Shown: positions 39,603-50,609, counted from the first letter of the stretch. The stretch: DNA of 64,000 nucleotides from an uncultured Verrucomicrobiae bacterium (GCA_963707025.1 CAVPOM010000012.1:416001-480000); one strand, 5' to 3'. Notes: generated from the sequence alone by a model not told the origin. Translations and numbers: made by a program.

Positions 39603-40250
39603 GTGAAAACGGAGTTGGAAACCACTTCTTCACCAAGTGCGGAGCTTTGCCCGCGCCGCACCGAGACGGGCTGGTATTGTATTCGCACCCATTTGAAACA
39701 TGAGCACATTGCCTCAGCTCACCTGCGGCGGCTTCCCGGCGTGGAGGTATTCAATCCGCAACTGCGCATTTTGCGCTCCACGCGGCAGGGTCGCCGGTGG
39801 AGCACGGAATCTCTGTTCCCCAATTACGTCTTCGCGCGTTTTGTTTTGGAATCCATGCTGGAGAAGATCATCTACACTCCGGCCGTCAAGGTGGTGCTCC
39901 GGTTTGGCCCCCGGACGCCGGCCATCCCGAACACGGAGATTGAGGAGTTGCGGCAGGGGCTGGACGGGCTGAGTTCCACCGTCTTAGTGGATGCACCGGC
40001 GCAGGGGGAGGAAGTGGAAATCGCCTGCGGAGCCTTCGCCGGTCTTAAGGCCTCGGTCACCCGCGTCCTGCCAGGCAAACACCGCGCCAAGATTCTTCTG
40101 GAAGTCATGGGGCGCTCCGTGCCAGCCGAACTGAGTCTGGACTTGGTGCTCTTTAACCGCAGGGACGCGTTGCAGATAGCGCTCGGCCGGGTTGAGCCGG
40201 TGATCGGGTGTCGGGCGGATGATTCCACTCTTGCCCTGATGTCGCTTTAA
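39603..40250 (+). CDS. NusG paralogue (RfaH/UpxY-like) antiterminator heading the EPS operon
   Basis: WYCIRTHLKHE...VEVFNP...SLFPNYVFARF (NGN domain); GEEVEIACGAFAGLKASV (KOW). Start uncertain (GTG 39603 or 39531). Confidence 0.85.
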   Translation: MKTELETTSSPSAELCPRRTETGWYCIRTHLKHEHIASAHLRRLPGVEVFNPQLRILRSTRQGRRWSTESLFPNYVFARFVLESMLEKIIYTPAVKVVLRFGPRTPAIPNTEIEELRQGLDGLSSTVLVDAPAQGEEVEIACGAFAGLKASVTRVLPGKHRAKILLEVMGRSVPAELSLDLVLFNRRDALQIALGRVEPVIGCRADDSTLALMSL

Positions 40251-40264
40251 CCACGGATGCAGCG

Positions 40265-41965
40265 ATGTTCCACCCCGCCCTCAGCGTCCGCTTACTGGTT
40301 CGCTGCCTTCTCCTTGTTCCGATCGGGATGGAAGGAGAAGATCTGTATGTTTCCCCAAACGGGGCTCCGTCAGGGCCAGGCACGATCACCCAACCCTACG
40401 ACCTGGCTACGGCCCTCTCCGGCAAGGTGGGGCAACCGGGTGACACCTTCTGGCTGAATAGCGGGGACTATGTGATCGGACACATCAACACGAGAATCCA
40501 GGGAGCGCCCGGGCTGCCCATCACCTTTCGCCAATTGCCCGGAGCGTGGGCGCGCCTGGATGGTTCGCTGACCTTTTATGAAAGCACCGGCAATGTGATC
40601 CTCAGGGATTTGGAGCTGTATAGCTCGGACACCAACCGGGCCAGCGCCGAAACCAACGTCGGGTTCAACCCGACTGACATCAATATCATACCAGGCATTT
40701 CCTCCTATTCGCCGAATATGTGCTTCATCAACCTCTTCGTGCATGATCAAACACGGCACGGCTTTTACGTTTCGCAGGAATCTTCCAACAACCTGATTTA
40801 TGGCTGCGTAATCTGCAACAACGGCTGGAGGTCACCCGACAATGCGGAGGGGCACGGCATTTACGTGCAGGGGTCCAACGGGGGCAGGTGGGTTTCCAAC
40901 AACATCGTCTTCAATAATTCCGGGGTCGGCCTGCATATTTACGATAACACGGCCAATCTCTACTTGGCCGGCATCACCCTGGACGGCAATGTGGCCTTCA
41001 ATGCGGGTGCCATTCAAAATGTGCGCTTTTACCGGGATTGGATCGTGGGAGTGGACGCCCCGGCCATCAGCGCGGATCGAATTGAGTTTGACAACAATCT
41101 GGGTTACTTCCTGCCCACCGCGGGCCAAGAAGACCAGGTGCAGATCGGTCGCCAAGGGGTCAACGGCAGTGTGACTATCCTCAGCAATTACCTGCCCCAG
41201 GGACTGGAAATGAACAACTGGACCGTCGCGACGGTGGCCGGCAACGCGTTCTCAGCGACGGCCGGAAATCCCATGGTCACTTTGAACCAGACCTTCACGC
41301 ATTTGGCGGCCGGTTGGAATAACAACACTTACGTGGCGCCGGCCACAGACACAGAGTTCTTGTACAACTTCATACCGCTCGGCTTTCAAAGCTGGCAAAA
41401 CGCCACGAGATACGACTCCCACAGCCTCTGGAGCATAGGGAGCCCGAGCGGCGCCAAAGTTTTTATACAGCCCAACCTGTATGAGACCGGACGGGCGAAC
41501 ATCATTGTCTATAACTGGGAGAATCTGAGCAATGTCGCCGTTGATCTTAGTTCCGTGTTGGCTGCCGGCGCGGCCTATGAAGTGCGCAATGCCGAGGATT
41601 TCTCCGCTGCACCTGTGTTGACCGGGGTCTTCGATGGCAATCCGGTGATCCTGCCCATGACCGGGTTGGCGGCGGCTGTTCCCAATGGTCCGATGTTGGC
41701 TCCGGCGCCCACCGGACCGACATTCAATGTCTTTGTCCTGCTGCCGCGCCAGATTCGGCTGGAAGCCACGCTCGCGGATGGCCAGGTCCAGATTTCCTGG
41801 CCGACGAACAGCGGCAATTGGGTCCTGCAATTCGCCCCCAGCCTGTCACCGGGGGCGACTTGGACGGATGTGCCAACCAATCTTGCCGTTCTTGGTTACC
41901 AAACATCCTGGGCCGTGCCCGTGTCCGGAAACTGCGCGTTTTATCGGCTCAGAGGCGTCCCGTGA
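40265..41965 (+). CDS. Secreted right-handed beta-helix protein (polysaccharide lyase/hydrolase-like) with C-terminal verrucomicrobial beta-domain
   Basis: LYVSPNGAPSGPGTITQPYDL start; GHGIYVQ, NNIVFNNSG repeats; tail QVQISWPTN...WTDVP...AFYRL. Confidence 0.8.
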   Translation: MFHPALSVRLLVRCLLLVPIGMEGEDLYVSPNGAPSGPGTITQPYDLATALSGKVGQPGDTFWLNSGDYVIGHINTRIQGAPGLPITFRQLPGAWARLDGSLTFYESTGNVILRDLELYSSDTNRASAETNVGFNPTDINIIPGISSYSPNMCFINLFVHDQTRHGFYVSQESSNNLIYGCVICNNGWRSPDNAEGHGIYVQGSNGGRWVSNNIVFNNSGVGLHIYDNTANLYLAGITLDGNVAFNAGAIQNVRFYRDWIVGVDAPAISADRIEFDNNLGYFLPTAGQEDQVQIGRQGVNGSVTILSNYLPQGLEMNNWTVATVAGNAFSATAGNPMVTLNQTFTHLAAGWNNNTYVAPATDTEFLYNFIPLGFQSWQNATRYDSHSLWSIGSPSGAKVFIQPNLYETGRANIIVYNWENLSNVAVDLSSVLAAGAAYEVRNAEDFSAAPVLTGVFDGNPVILPMTGLAAAVPNGPMLAPAPTGPTFNVFVLLPRQIRLEATLADGQVQISWPTNSGNWVLQFAPSLSPGATWTDVPTNLAVLGYQTSWAVPVSGNCAFYRLRGVP

Positions 41966-41974
41966 GCGCCCGAT

Positions 41975-43282
41975 TTGAAACCCGTGAATGCTCTCCCGCC
42001 ACGATGCGGTCGCGCGAAACCAACCGGGCGCTTCCGGCTCCTGCTGGCCCTGCTCGGCTGCGGAGGACTATTCGCCGGAGAAAACGGCCGCGCCCAATCC
42101 TGGGGATCACTGGGCAGCGAGAACGCGGCTGAGGCCCTGGCCCGGGCCATCCAGAACGAACCCTACAGCCAAATTTACGGCCCGCTGCGGGTCAGAGCCG
42201 GGGCGGGCGTGAGCGTCAACTACACGGACAATGTCTTCTACTCCAGTCAACCAAAGGAAGACATCATGATCGAACCCCAGGTTTCGCTGGACGCTTTATG
42301 GCCCATCAGCAAACTCAACACGCTCAGGCTGTCCCTGGGCCTGTCCTACCAGTGGTACTTGAAAAATCCGGTGCTGAACGCCGATGCCCCTCTGGTTAAC
42401 CCGGGTTCGGAACTGGCCTTCAATTTTTTTGTCGGCGATTTTCACATCCAGGTGCATGAGCGTTTTTCCTATCAGAAAAGCCTGTTCTTCAACAGCATCG
42501 CGACTGAGAACATGCCCTTTTACAATGTCCACGACGTGGGCTTGTTTTCTCAGCTCAATAACGACGCCGGCGTTGATGTCACCTATAACCTGCACAAGGC
42601 CGTGCTTTCCGCCGGCTACAATCACGAAGATTTCGATACTTCAACGAGTCTTTTCGAGTATCTGAATCGGGCCTCTGAACAGTTGACCGCCAGCGCCAGT
42701 TATGCTTTGGGTGACCACCTGCAAACGGGTTTGGAAGCACGGGGGTCCTTCAACGATTATTATCGCGAGACCATTCTGAACGACAACTGGCGGGCCCGCG
42801 GCGGGGCGTTTGTGGATGTGACTCTTTGGCATGGCCTCAGCTTGCGGGCCGGCGGCGGCTACGACACGGCCGACTACGATGCGACCGCGCTTCCAAACTG
42901 CGATTATGCCAGCTACTATGCCTACGCCCGAATTCGCCAGGACACACGGCTTTTCTCGCACGCGCTGGACGTGGGGCGCGACAACGTGCTGGGTTTCAAC
43001 GCCAACAATCTGAGAATGGCCCACGCGCGATACTCCATCTCCTCACCCATCGTCAGCCACGTGGACCTGGGAGCTTTTGCTTCGGTGAATGCGGGGGAGG
43101 AGTACGGCGGGGTTTACGACGAAAGATTCACTTACTACGGCGCGGGCTTTGGTGTTGGCTACGTTTTGGCCAAGCATTGGCGGACCAACCTCGCCTACGA
43201 GTTTGAATCCAAGCACTCGGACCTGGCGCTGGAGAGTTTCCAGCGCAACCGGGTGACTTTGGGCATAGACTGGAGTTTCTGA
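41975..43282 (+). CDS. Outer-membrane beta-barrel for polysaccharide export (BBP2-like)
   Basis: Signal peptide, alternating aromatic beta pattern, YTDNV motif, C-terminal NRVTLGIDWSF; lies directly before wza/wzc. Confidence 0.8.
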   Translation: MKPVNALPPRCGRAKPTGRFRLLLALLGCGGLFAGENGRAQSWGSLGSENAAEALARAIQNEPYSQIYGPLRVRAGAGVSVNYTDNVFYSSQPKEDIMIEPQVSLDALWPISKLNTLRLSLGLSYQWYLKNPVLNADAPLVNPGSELAFNFFVGDFHIQVHERFSYQKSLFFNSIATENMPFYNVHDVGLFSQLNNDAGVDVTYNLHKAVLSAGYNHEDFDTSTSLFEYLNRASEQLTASASYALGDHLQTGLEARGSFNDYYRETILNDNWRARGGAFVDVTLWHGLSLRAGGGYDTADYDATALPNCDYASYYAYARIRQDTRLFSHALDVGRDNVLGFNANNLRMAHARYSISSPIVSHVDLGAFASVNAGEEYGGVYDERFTYYGAGFGVGYVLAKHWRTNLAYEFESKHSDLALESFQRNRVTLGIDWSF

Positions 43283-43400
43283 CTGCCTCACCGCTTCCGC
43301 CCAAGCGCTCCGTCGAAATCGGCGCGGCCACGCGGAACTTGGAAAAGATTCGTTCACCGTGCAATTCGCGCTCCAAATGCGCTCGGAGAGTCTCGGCTTT

Positions 43401-44045
43401 ATGACCAGGCGATTTATCATTCTAGTGGCGGCCCTTGCCGCCTTGCAATACGGCGGCCCCGCGCTGGCTGGGGACACCAACCAAACGGTTTGGGCGGCCA
43501 CCGGCATGGCGATGGACTCTCTGGACGACCACTACAAGCTCGGCCTCGGCGACGTCGTGATCTATCAGGTGACCGAGGACCGGGACCTGCCTCGTTCCCT
43601 CAAAGTCACCGATTCCGGGGATCTGCAAGCGCCTTACTATGGATTGGTTCACGCGGCCGGCAAAACCTGCCGCCAACTGGCCCAAGAGATCAAGGCCTTG
43701 TTGGAGAAGAAGCTTTACTATCGAGCCACGGTCGTGATTGCGCTGGAGGTGACGGATAAGGCCTGGGTCACAGGCAAGGTCTATGTCACCGGTCAAGTGC
43801 GCCTGCCCGGCGGCTTTAACCTGAAGGGGGGGGAGAATCTGACGGTCAGCAAGGCGATTCTGGACGCGGGAGGATTCAGCGACTTTTCCGATAAAAAGCA
43901 CGTCCGGCTCATCCGCAAGACGGCCCGCGGAGACAAACCTTTCATCGTCAACGTGCTCGACGTTTGGGCTGGGCACCTGGACAAAGACCTCGCTGTGCAA
44001 CCAGGCGACATGATCGTGGTGCCGGCCCGCCTGGTCAATTATTGA
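43401..44045 (+). CDS. wza: Polysaccharide export protein (Poly_export + SLBB), short OPX type
   Basis: YKLGLGDVV...VTDSGDLQAPYYGLVHAAGKT; VYVTGQVRLPG; AGGFSDFS; VQPGDMIVVP. Confidence 0.88.
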   Translation: MTRRFIILVAALAALQYGGPALAGDTNQTVWAATGMAMDSLDDHYKLGLGDVVIYQVTEDRDLPRSLKVTDSGDLQAPYYGLVHAAGKTCRQLAQEIKALLEKKLYYRATVVIALEVTDKAWVTGKVYVTGQVRLPGGFNLKGGENLTVSKAILDAGGFSDFSDKKHVRLIRKTARGDKPFIVNVLDVWAGHLDKDLAVQPGDMIVVPARLVNY

Positions 44046-44056
44046 GGCGCAATTTC

Positions 44057-46375
44057 ATGAAACTCAACGGAAACAGTTTTAACACCGGCGTGGTGGATTT
44101 CTTTGCTCCCTCCAGCCGGTTTGTGTCGGCATCCAGGATCTATCGTCGGCTGCACCGGTGGTGGCTTGTTCTGCTCAGATACTGGTGGATGCTGGTGGTG
44201 ATCGTGGTGGCCGTGACCGGTGCGGCTTATGCCTACACCACTCGCTCCGGGCCGACGTATGAGTCCAAAGCGCGCATGTGCCTGACGGGCAAAATCAACA
44301 TCTCCGGGGACCAGCTCTACACGGAGGAGTTGATCAATTTCCTCGGCACCCAGGCCGAGTTGCTCCGCAGTCCAGCCATTCAGAGGCGGGCCATGGCCAG
44401 TTTGCCGGCGGAGTTCAGACCGGCCCCTCGTCGAGGCGTGGTTGGCGGCGGGCCCGATTTGAAGGACCTCGGCAAGGCCCAAGTGCCGGCGCGAAAACTT
44501 TTTGCCTCCGGCTCGGCCCCTGGCAGCAATGCGCCCCCCCCGATTCCTTTTGACGTCAAAGTTCAGGAAGGGTCCAAAAGCAGCACGCTTGATTTGCGAG
44601 TGACGGGACCGGACCCAATCTCCACCCGGAGATTTCTGGATAGCTTGATGGAGGCCTACCTGAGTTACAAAAAGGAATCTCTTGACCAGGCTTCCGCGCA
44701 GGCCACGGCCTCTCTGACCGCCGAGGCGGGGCAGTTGAAGAGCCAGTTGGACCAGGCCCAAGCCAAGCTGCACGACTTGGAGGCCTCCAACAATGTGGTC
44801 TTTCTCCAGCAGCAAGGCGCTGGGGCCGAAAGCTACCTGGCCTCCTTGAACCGGCGACTTGCCATTCTGCGCACTGAACTCAGGCTGCTCGATTCCCTTA
44901 CGCCCGAGCAGTGGGTGGAGACCGATGCCGCCGGCGCAAGCGCCCTCTCTGGTCCATCTTCCGGCGACGAAGCGGCGGCCCGGCAAACTCTGGCCAACCT
45001 GAAGGAATCCCAAACTGCCTTGTTCCAGGCAGACCAGAAGATGCATCAGCTTATGGCCGAGCGTGATGAGCTGGCCCGTTTCCTGCGGCCGGCGCACCCC
45101 AAGATCGTCAATCTCAACCAGCAGATTGCGGCCCAGGATGCTGTGGTGGGAGCGTCGCGGGAGGAAGCAGCCAAGGAGCTGACGCTTCGGCGCCAGGCCC
45201 TGCAGTTGCAGGTGCGAAATCTGGAAGCCGCCTTTGAAGATTGGAGTGCCAAAGCCATTGCGGCCAGCCACACCATGGCCGATTATGAACAAATCCGCCA
45301 AACGGTGCAGCGCCTTCAAAACGCCTACGACAAGACCCTTGATATCATCCAGAACATTAACGTCCGCAAACGGGTCGAGCAGGAAAACGTCGGCATCCTT
45401 GATCCGGCCTCCGTCGCGACGCCAACCCATCGGGTGTTGATCAACATGACGATCGCGACCGCCGTTTCTCTCCTGTTGGGTTTTGGCTTGCTCTATGGTA
45501 CGGCCCTGTTTCAGGATGACTTTGCCTCGCACATGGAATTGGCCGAGGAGCTGGCCGAGCCGGTGGTGGGTCAGGTCCCGTCCATCTCCATGAGCAAGTC
45601 CAAGTCCCCCCTGGGCATCGAGGGGTTGGAAAGGGGACATTATGAGTTCCTGGAGGCCTTTCGCAACATCCGGGCTTCGCTCCTGTTTGGGAAAAATGGC
45701 GGCGCCAGGCCAAAAACGATCATGGTCGCCAGTTCGGTGCCAGCGGAAGGCAAATCCACCCTCGCACTGTATCTGGCCGCTATGCTGGCCCGAGGCAACT
45801 CGCGTGTGCTCCTGGTTGATGGAGATTTGCGCCGGCCCAGCTTGCACAAGTACCTTCGCCTGCCACCCGGTCCGGGCCTGGCGGAGGTTCTGGGGGATGA
45901 AATTTCTCCCCCGGACGCGATTCTCGCCACTGACGTTCAGAATCTGTCCTTGCTGCCGGCCGGCCAAGCCGCGCGCAATCCCGGAGACCTTCTGCTCAGT
46001 CCCATCTGGGAGCAATTCCTGGCCTCGGTCAAGCCGCGCTTCGATTACATCCTGGTGGACACCCCGCCGGTGATGGCCACCGACGATGCGGTCGCCCTGG
46101 CCTCCAAAGCGGACGGCGTTCTTTTTGTGGTGCGGGCCCTGTCCACTTCCGCTCGCGTCGTGCGCGGCGCGTTGGACTTGCTCCGGCAGCGGCAGGCGCA
46201 TGTGGTCGGCTTGGTTTTCAACCGCGCTGTGTCTTCACCCTGCGAGCGTCAGTATTACAAGCCCTACGCCCGCGCCTATCGCTGGCAGCCGGAGAAGACC
46301 GGGCTTGGCGGCGTGCTGGTGGCGGGCAACCCTGCTCCCAACACCACGGCCGCCGGTTCCAGTGAATCGGCCTGA
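44057..46375 (+). CDS. wzc: Polysaccharide co-polymerase / BY-kinase
   Basis: Two TM segments flanking a coiled coil; EAFRNIR, SSVPAEGKST (Walker A), LLVDGDLRRP, ILVDTPP; Tyr-containing tail QYYKPYARAY. Confidence 0.92.
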   Translation: MKLNGNSFNTGVVDFFAPSSRFVSASRIYRRLHRWWLVLLRYWWMLVVIVVAVTGAAYAYTTRSGPTYESKARMCLTGKINISGDQLYTEELINFLGTQAELLRSPAIQRRAMASLPAEFRPAPRRGVVGGGPDLKDLGKAQVPARKLFASGSAPGSNAPPPIPFDVKVQEGSKSSTLDLRVTGPDPISTRRFLDSLMEAYLSYKKESLDQASAQATASLTAEAGQLKSQLDQAQAKLHDLEASNNVVFLQQQGAGAESYLASLNRRLAILRTELRLLDSLTPEQWVETDAAGASALSGPSSGDEAAARQTLANLKESQTALFQADQKMHQLMAERDELARFLRPAHPKIVNLNQQIAAQDAVVGASREEAAKELTLRRQALQLQVRNLEAAFEDWSAKAIAASHTMADYEQIRQTVQRLQNAYDKTLDIIQNINVRKRVEQENVGILDPASVATPTHRVLINMTIATAVSLLLGFGLLYGTALFQDDFASHMELAEELAEPVVGQVPSISMSKSKSPLGIEGLERGHYEFLEAFRNIRASLLFGKNGGARPKTIMVASSVPAEGKSTLALYLAAMLARGNSRVLLVDGDLRRPSLHKYLRLPPGPGLAEVLGDEISPPDAILATDVQNLSLLPAGQAARNPGDLLLSPIWEQFLASVKPRFDYILVDTPPVMATDDAVALASKADGVLFVVRALSTSARVVRGALDLLRQRQAHVVGLVFNRAVSSPCERQYYKPYARAYRWQPEKTGLGGVLVAGNPAPNTTAAGSSESA

Positions 46376-46438
46376 TGGATTTGGCATCCTCGCAGGGTGA
46401 TCACAATCCCGTCCGTATGATGGGAACGAAATCTAAAT

Positions 46439-47599
46439 ATGCGCCAACTGCAACTTGATTCCTTGCGCGGCTTGGCGGCTTGTATCGTCGTGTTTTGCCA
46501 TGCCACAAATTTGCTGCCGGGGGTCTATGACGATCCGCGGCAACATTGGTGGCTGACGGAGACGCCGTTGGCGCTGCTGCGGGAGGGCCACGCGGCGGTG
46601 ATTTTCTTCTTTGTTCTTAGCGGTTATGTCCTGGCACTGCCTTTCTTGAAGGGACCGGTGGCTTACGAGGCGTTTATATTCCGGCGCATTTGCCGCATCT
46701 GGATCCCCTACATTACGGCCACGGCCGTGGCCATGGCCTGTGCCATTTGGTTCTATCCAGGCAGGGTAGCGGGTCTGAGCCACTGGGCCAACCGACCCAT
46801 CCCGTTCCCCAGCGCGCGGTTGATTCTGGATCATCTCCTTTTGGTGGGGTCCTTTGCCCACCAGACGTATAACGGCGTCATTTGGTCTTTGGTTTACGAG
46901 ATGCGTATCTCGTTGGTTTTCCCGCTCCTGGTCCTTCTACTGCGGCTGGGCGCCTGGTGGCGGGTGCTGGGCGCCGCGGCGGCCTTGTCGGCGGCCGAGT
47001 TGGTGGTGGAACGATTCCCGTTCTGGTCCGGTTCGGACGATTTGCCCATGACGTTGCATTACGCGGGACTTTTTGTGCTGGGGATGGTCTTGGCGCGGGA
47101 CATGCCCAAGGTTCAGGCGCTCTACAGTCGTTTTACATTTTGGGCTAAAGCCTGGCTGTGGCTGTTGGCGTTGGCTTGCTTCGGCCATGAGACATGGCTC
47201 TTCTCCAGTTCCAGGATACAACATCTCCCGATTTATCGGGATGGGATGACCGCCATGGGCGTGTCGCTCTTGATTATTTTCGCCCTTTCGCCGTCACGGT
47301 TCTCCACTTGGTTGGAAGGAAGGATACCGGTTTTTCTGGGGAAAATCTCCTACAGTGTCTATCTTTATCATGCGGTGATCCTCCTGTCGTTGGCGCATGT
47401 TTTTTACCCAAGGGCTTCCTGGAGTTTGCTCTGGCTGGGGACCGGTGTGCTGACCCTCGGCGTGGCGGCGCTTTCCTACCAGTTCGTGGAGCTTCCGTCC
47501 ATCCGGCTAGGCAAATGTGTCTGCTTGCAGCGCGAAGCGGCGGCCACTCCGCGCATCGAACTATCGGCTAACGGGAAACAAGATTCTGCTGTCGGTTAA
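46439..47599 (+). CDS. Acyltransferase-3 (OafA-like O-acyltransferase)
   Basis: LDSLRGLAA, FFVLSGYVL, RRICRI, WSLVYE, LGKISYSVYLYH. Confidence 0.92.
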   Translation: MRQLQLDSLRGLAACIVVFCHATNLLPGVYDDPRQHWWLTETPLALLREGHAAVIFFFVLSGYVLALPFLKGPVAYEAFIFRRICRIWIPYITATAVAMACAIWFYPGRVAGLSHWANRPIPFPSARLILDHLLLVGSFAHQTYNGVIWSLVYEMRISLVFPLLVLLLRLGAWWRVLGAAAALSAAELVVERFPFWSGSDDLPMTLHYAGLFVLGMVLARDMPKVQALYSRFTFWAKAWLWLLALACFGHETWLFSSSRIQHLPIYRDGMTAMGVSLLIIFALSPSRFSTWLEGRIPVFLGKISYSVYLYHAVILLSLAHVFYPRASWSLLWLGTGVLTLGVAALSYQFVELPSIRLGKCVCLQREAAATPRIELSANGKQDSAVG

Positions 47600-47612
47600 C
47601 TTAAGGTTTAAG

Positions 47613-49169
47613 ATGGGAACAGAAGCATCAGCCGGCACCATCCCGATGGTGGCGCCAGCCAGGTCGGGCCGCTTTGCACTCAACCTGGCCAGCAATGTTG
47701 GCAAGCTCGGCTTGACCATGCTGGTGGGCGCCTGGTACGTGCCCTTTCTGGTCCGCCGGCTTGGCCCGGCTGCCTACGGGCTCGTGCCGCTGGCTTCCAC
47801 GATCACCTCCTACATGGCGCTGATCACCTTTGGCCTCGACGCGGCCATGGGACGGTCCCTGACCATCACCCTGGAGCAGAAGGATTACCGAAAGGCGAAC
47901 GTGATCTTCAACGTGGCCTTTTGGGGCAATCTGGCCATCGCCCTTCTGCTGGTGATTCCCGCAGTCTTCGCCATTGCCAACGTGGAGCATTTGGTGCGGA
48001 TTCCGCCAGGTTATGAGTCGGCCACACGCTGGCTCTTTGCCGCCACGGTCGCCGCCTTTCTGCTGAACCAAGTCAAGTCTCCGTTCGGCGTCTCTTGCTT
48101 CAGCCTTAACCGGCTCGATTTGGCCAACGTGGTCATCGTTGGCGAAACGCTGACACGAGTGGGGTTGGTCGTTTGCTTGTTCCTCGTCGTAGCGCCCAGG
48201 ATTGAGTTTGTCGGGGCCGCCATCCTGGCCGGAACCATCTTTTCCACCATCGGAGCCATCTGGCTGTGGAAGCTGCTGACGCCAAGCCTTCATCTCCGTC
48301 TGGGCGATTTTGACTGGACCATGCTCAAGGGGTTGTGCAGCACGGGTGGCTGGGTCATTGTCAGCCAGATTGGCGTCATGTTGTATATGAACATTGACCT
48401 GTTGCTGGCGAATCGGCTTTTCGGTCCCTCGCAAAGCGGACGCTATGCGGCCGTCCTCCAATTGCCAGCCTTGTTGCGCTCACTGGGCATCGCGGTGGGC
48501 GAAATCTTCGCGCCAACCATGTTTCACATGTATGCCCGCGGCGACATGGACGGCTTGGCCGTTTACCTGAACCGCGCCATCGAGTTCCTGGGCTTCGTCA
48601 TGGCCCTGGCCATCGGGCTGATTTGCGGATTTGCAAAACCGCTGTTGCACCTGTGGCTGGGCGCGGATTTCGGGAACATGGCACCCTTGTTGTTCCTCAT
48701 GTCTATTCACTTGTGCATTAATCTTTCCATGTATCCACTCTACGCGGTCCCCTTGGCAGCTAATCGGGTCAAGATTCCGGGGTTGGTGACGCTGGCTGTC
48801 GGCGCGCTTAATTTGGCGCTGGCCTTGCTCTTGGCGAGGGCGCTCGGTTGGGGTCTTTATGGTCTGGCTGCGGCAGGCGCCATTTCCTTGACACTCCGGC
48901 ATCTGGTGTTCACGCCGCTTTACGGCGCGCGAGTTCTCCACCGACCCTGCAAGACTTTCTACCGCAGGGTGGTTCCAATAATTGGCGCCACGCTGGCCAC
49001 CATTGGACTGTGCCGGTTGATCTTGTGGGGATGGACTATTTCCAACTGGTCGGATTTGGCCACGGCGGCGATGGCGGTCTCGGCCTTGTTTGCAGCCATT
49101 ACCTACTGGCTTCTCAAGCCGGAAGAACGCCTGGCGCTCAAGGAAATAATCGTGCGCTGGCGGAAGTAA
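47613..49169 (+). CDS. wzx: Oligosaccharide flippase
   Basis: About 14 hydrophobic segments; LGPAAYGL, NIDLLLANRLFG...GRYA; EPS context. Confidence 0.85.
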   Translation: MGTEASAGTIPMVAPARSGRFALNLASNVGKLGLTMLVGAWYVPFLVRRLGPAAYGLVPLASTITSYMALITFGLDAAMGRSLTITLEQKDYRKANVIFNVAFWGNLAIALLLVIPAVFAIANVEHLVRIPPGYESATRWLFAATVAAFLLNQVKSPFGVSCFSLNRLDLANVVIVGETLTRVGLVVCLFLVVAPRIEFVGAAILAGTIFSTIGAIWLWKLLTPSLHLRLGDFDWTMLKGLCSTGGWVIVSQIGVMLYMNIDLLLANRLFGPSQSGRYAAVLQLPALLRSLGIAVGEIFAPTMFHMYARGDMDGLAVYLNRAIEFLGFVMALAIGLICGFAKPLLHLWLGADFGNMAPLLFLMSIHLCINLSMYPLYAVPLAANRVKIPGLVTLAVGALNLALALLLARALGWGLYGLAAAGAISLTLRHLVFTPLYGARVLHRPCKTFYRRVVPIIGATLATIGLCRLILWGWTISNWSDLATAAMAVSALFAAITYWLLKPEERLALKEIIVRWRK

Positions 49170-49198
49170 ATCCGTCCGGACTGCTTCAAACGATTTCA

Positions 49199-50545
49199 AT
49201 GAACTGGCGCAAATCAGCTTGCCTTTCCTACGCGGCCTTGCGCGGCTACCGTTTCCCCTCCTTGCTTTCGGGCTATTGGCGGGAATATGAGCGCGGGGCG
49301 GGTTATGAGACGGCCGCCCGCGCGCTGGTCAAACTGCTGCGCCACTGCCGGCAATCCGTTCCCTTTTATGCCGGGCCGGTGCAGCGCCTGGACCATATCC
49401 GCTGGGAAGACGCGGACCCCAGCGTGTATCTGCCCCGCCTGCCCATCTTGACCAAAGAAACCATTCGGGCCAATTTCCTCGGACTCCAGTCTGTGGATCT
49501 GGACCGGCGAAAGTGGTCCTATAACACCTCCGGCGGCTCCACTGGCCAGCCTGTCCGGCTGATTCAAGACCAGGAATATGACGACCGCAGCACAGCCACC
49601 AGCCTGCTCTGCCATGCCTTGCTGGGCTGCGACGTGGGACAGCCCATCGTCCGCCTTTGGGGATCGGAGCGCAACGTCCAGAACGGCACGCAGTCGGCCA
49701 AGGCCGCATTTTTTAACTGGCTGAGCAACACGACCTGGCTCAACGCGTTTCGCATGTCACCGCCGCGCATGCGCCAATACATTGACGCCCTCAACCGGGT
49801 GCGGCCGCATTTAATCCTGGCTTATGCGCAGGCCGCGTATGAACTGGCGCGGTTCGCCGAACGCGAAAAGCTTTCCGTGGCGCCGCAGCAGGCCGTTCTG
49901 GCTTCAGCAGGCACCCTTTATCCATTCATGCGCGAGAAAATCGCCCAGGTGTTCGGCTGCCGGGTCTATAACCTCTATGGTTCGCGTGAAGTGAGCGTCA
50001 TCGGTTGTGAGGTTCCGGAACGCAACGGTCTTTGGGTCGTCCCTTGGAGCAATTATGTTGAGATCCTGGACGACGACGCAAGCCCCGTGCGCTCCGGCGA
50101 AGAAGGGAACATCGTCGTGACCTGCCTGACCAACCTTGCCATGCCGCTGGTCCGCTATTGGATCGGCGATCGGGGCGCCTTGGTGTCCGATCTCGCGACC
50201 GGCGGTCGCTGGACCTCGCAGGTGCTCAAGTATGTGTCCGGTCGCAGCGTGGACGTGTTCCGCACACGGGACCAGCAACTGGTGGACGGGGAATACTTTA
50301 CCCACCTGCTCTACTTTCGGCCCTGGGTCTGGAAATTTCAGGTCGTGCAGAAAGCGCACGAGCACATCTTGTTCAAGATCGTCAAAACCAACGGCGGCCC
50401 GAGCCGTATTGAACTCGAAGACATCGCCGCCAAATCGCGCCTGGTGATGGGCCATGACTGCCGGATTGATTTTGAATTTCCCGGCGAATTGCCACCGCAT
50501 CCCGCTGGCAAATACCGCTACACCATCTCGGAAGTGAGCGCTTAA
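49199..50545 (+). CDS. CapK/phenylacetate-CoA ligase-like adenylate-forming enzyme
   Basis: SVPFY, LPILTKE, TSGGSTG, YGSRE, MPLVRYWIGD, GKYRY. Confidence 0.88.
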   Translation: MNWRKSACLSYAALRGYRFPSLLSGYWREYERGAGYETAARALVKLLRHCRQSVPFYAGPVQRLDHIRWEDADPSVYLPRLPILTKETIRANFLGLQSVDLDRRKWSYNTSGGSTGQPVRLIQDQEYDDRSTATSLLCHALLGCDVGQPIVRLWGSERNVQNGTQSAKAAFFNWLSNTTWLNAFRMSPPRMRQYIDALNRVRPHLILAYAQAAYELARFAEREKLSVAPQQAVLASAGTLYPFMREKIAQVFGCRVYNLYGSREVSVIGCEVPERNGLWVVPWSNYVEILDDDASPVRSGEEGNIVVTCLTNLAMPLVRYWIGDRGALVSDLATGGRWTSQVLKYVSGRSVDVFRTRDQQLVDGEYFTHLLYFRPWVWKFQVVQKAHEHILFKIVKTNGGPSRIELEDIAAKSRLVMGHDCRIDFEFPGELPPHPAGKYRYTISEVSA

Positions 50546-50609
50546 GGAGATTGGTCCTTCTCAATATGCGCCCGGCTGCACTTTCTTGAGTCAGGGTATT
50601 GCCATAGTC

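Noticed and set aside
44039..46201. 720-aa antisense ORF (and similar ones opposite the NRPS and EPS genes)
   Set aside because: Shadow of wzc with no recognisable domain.
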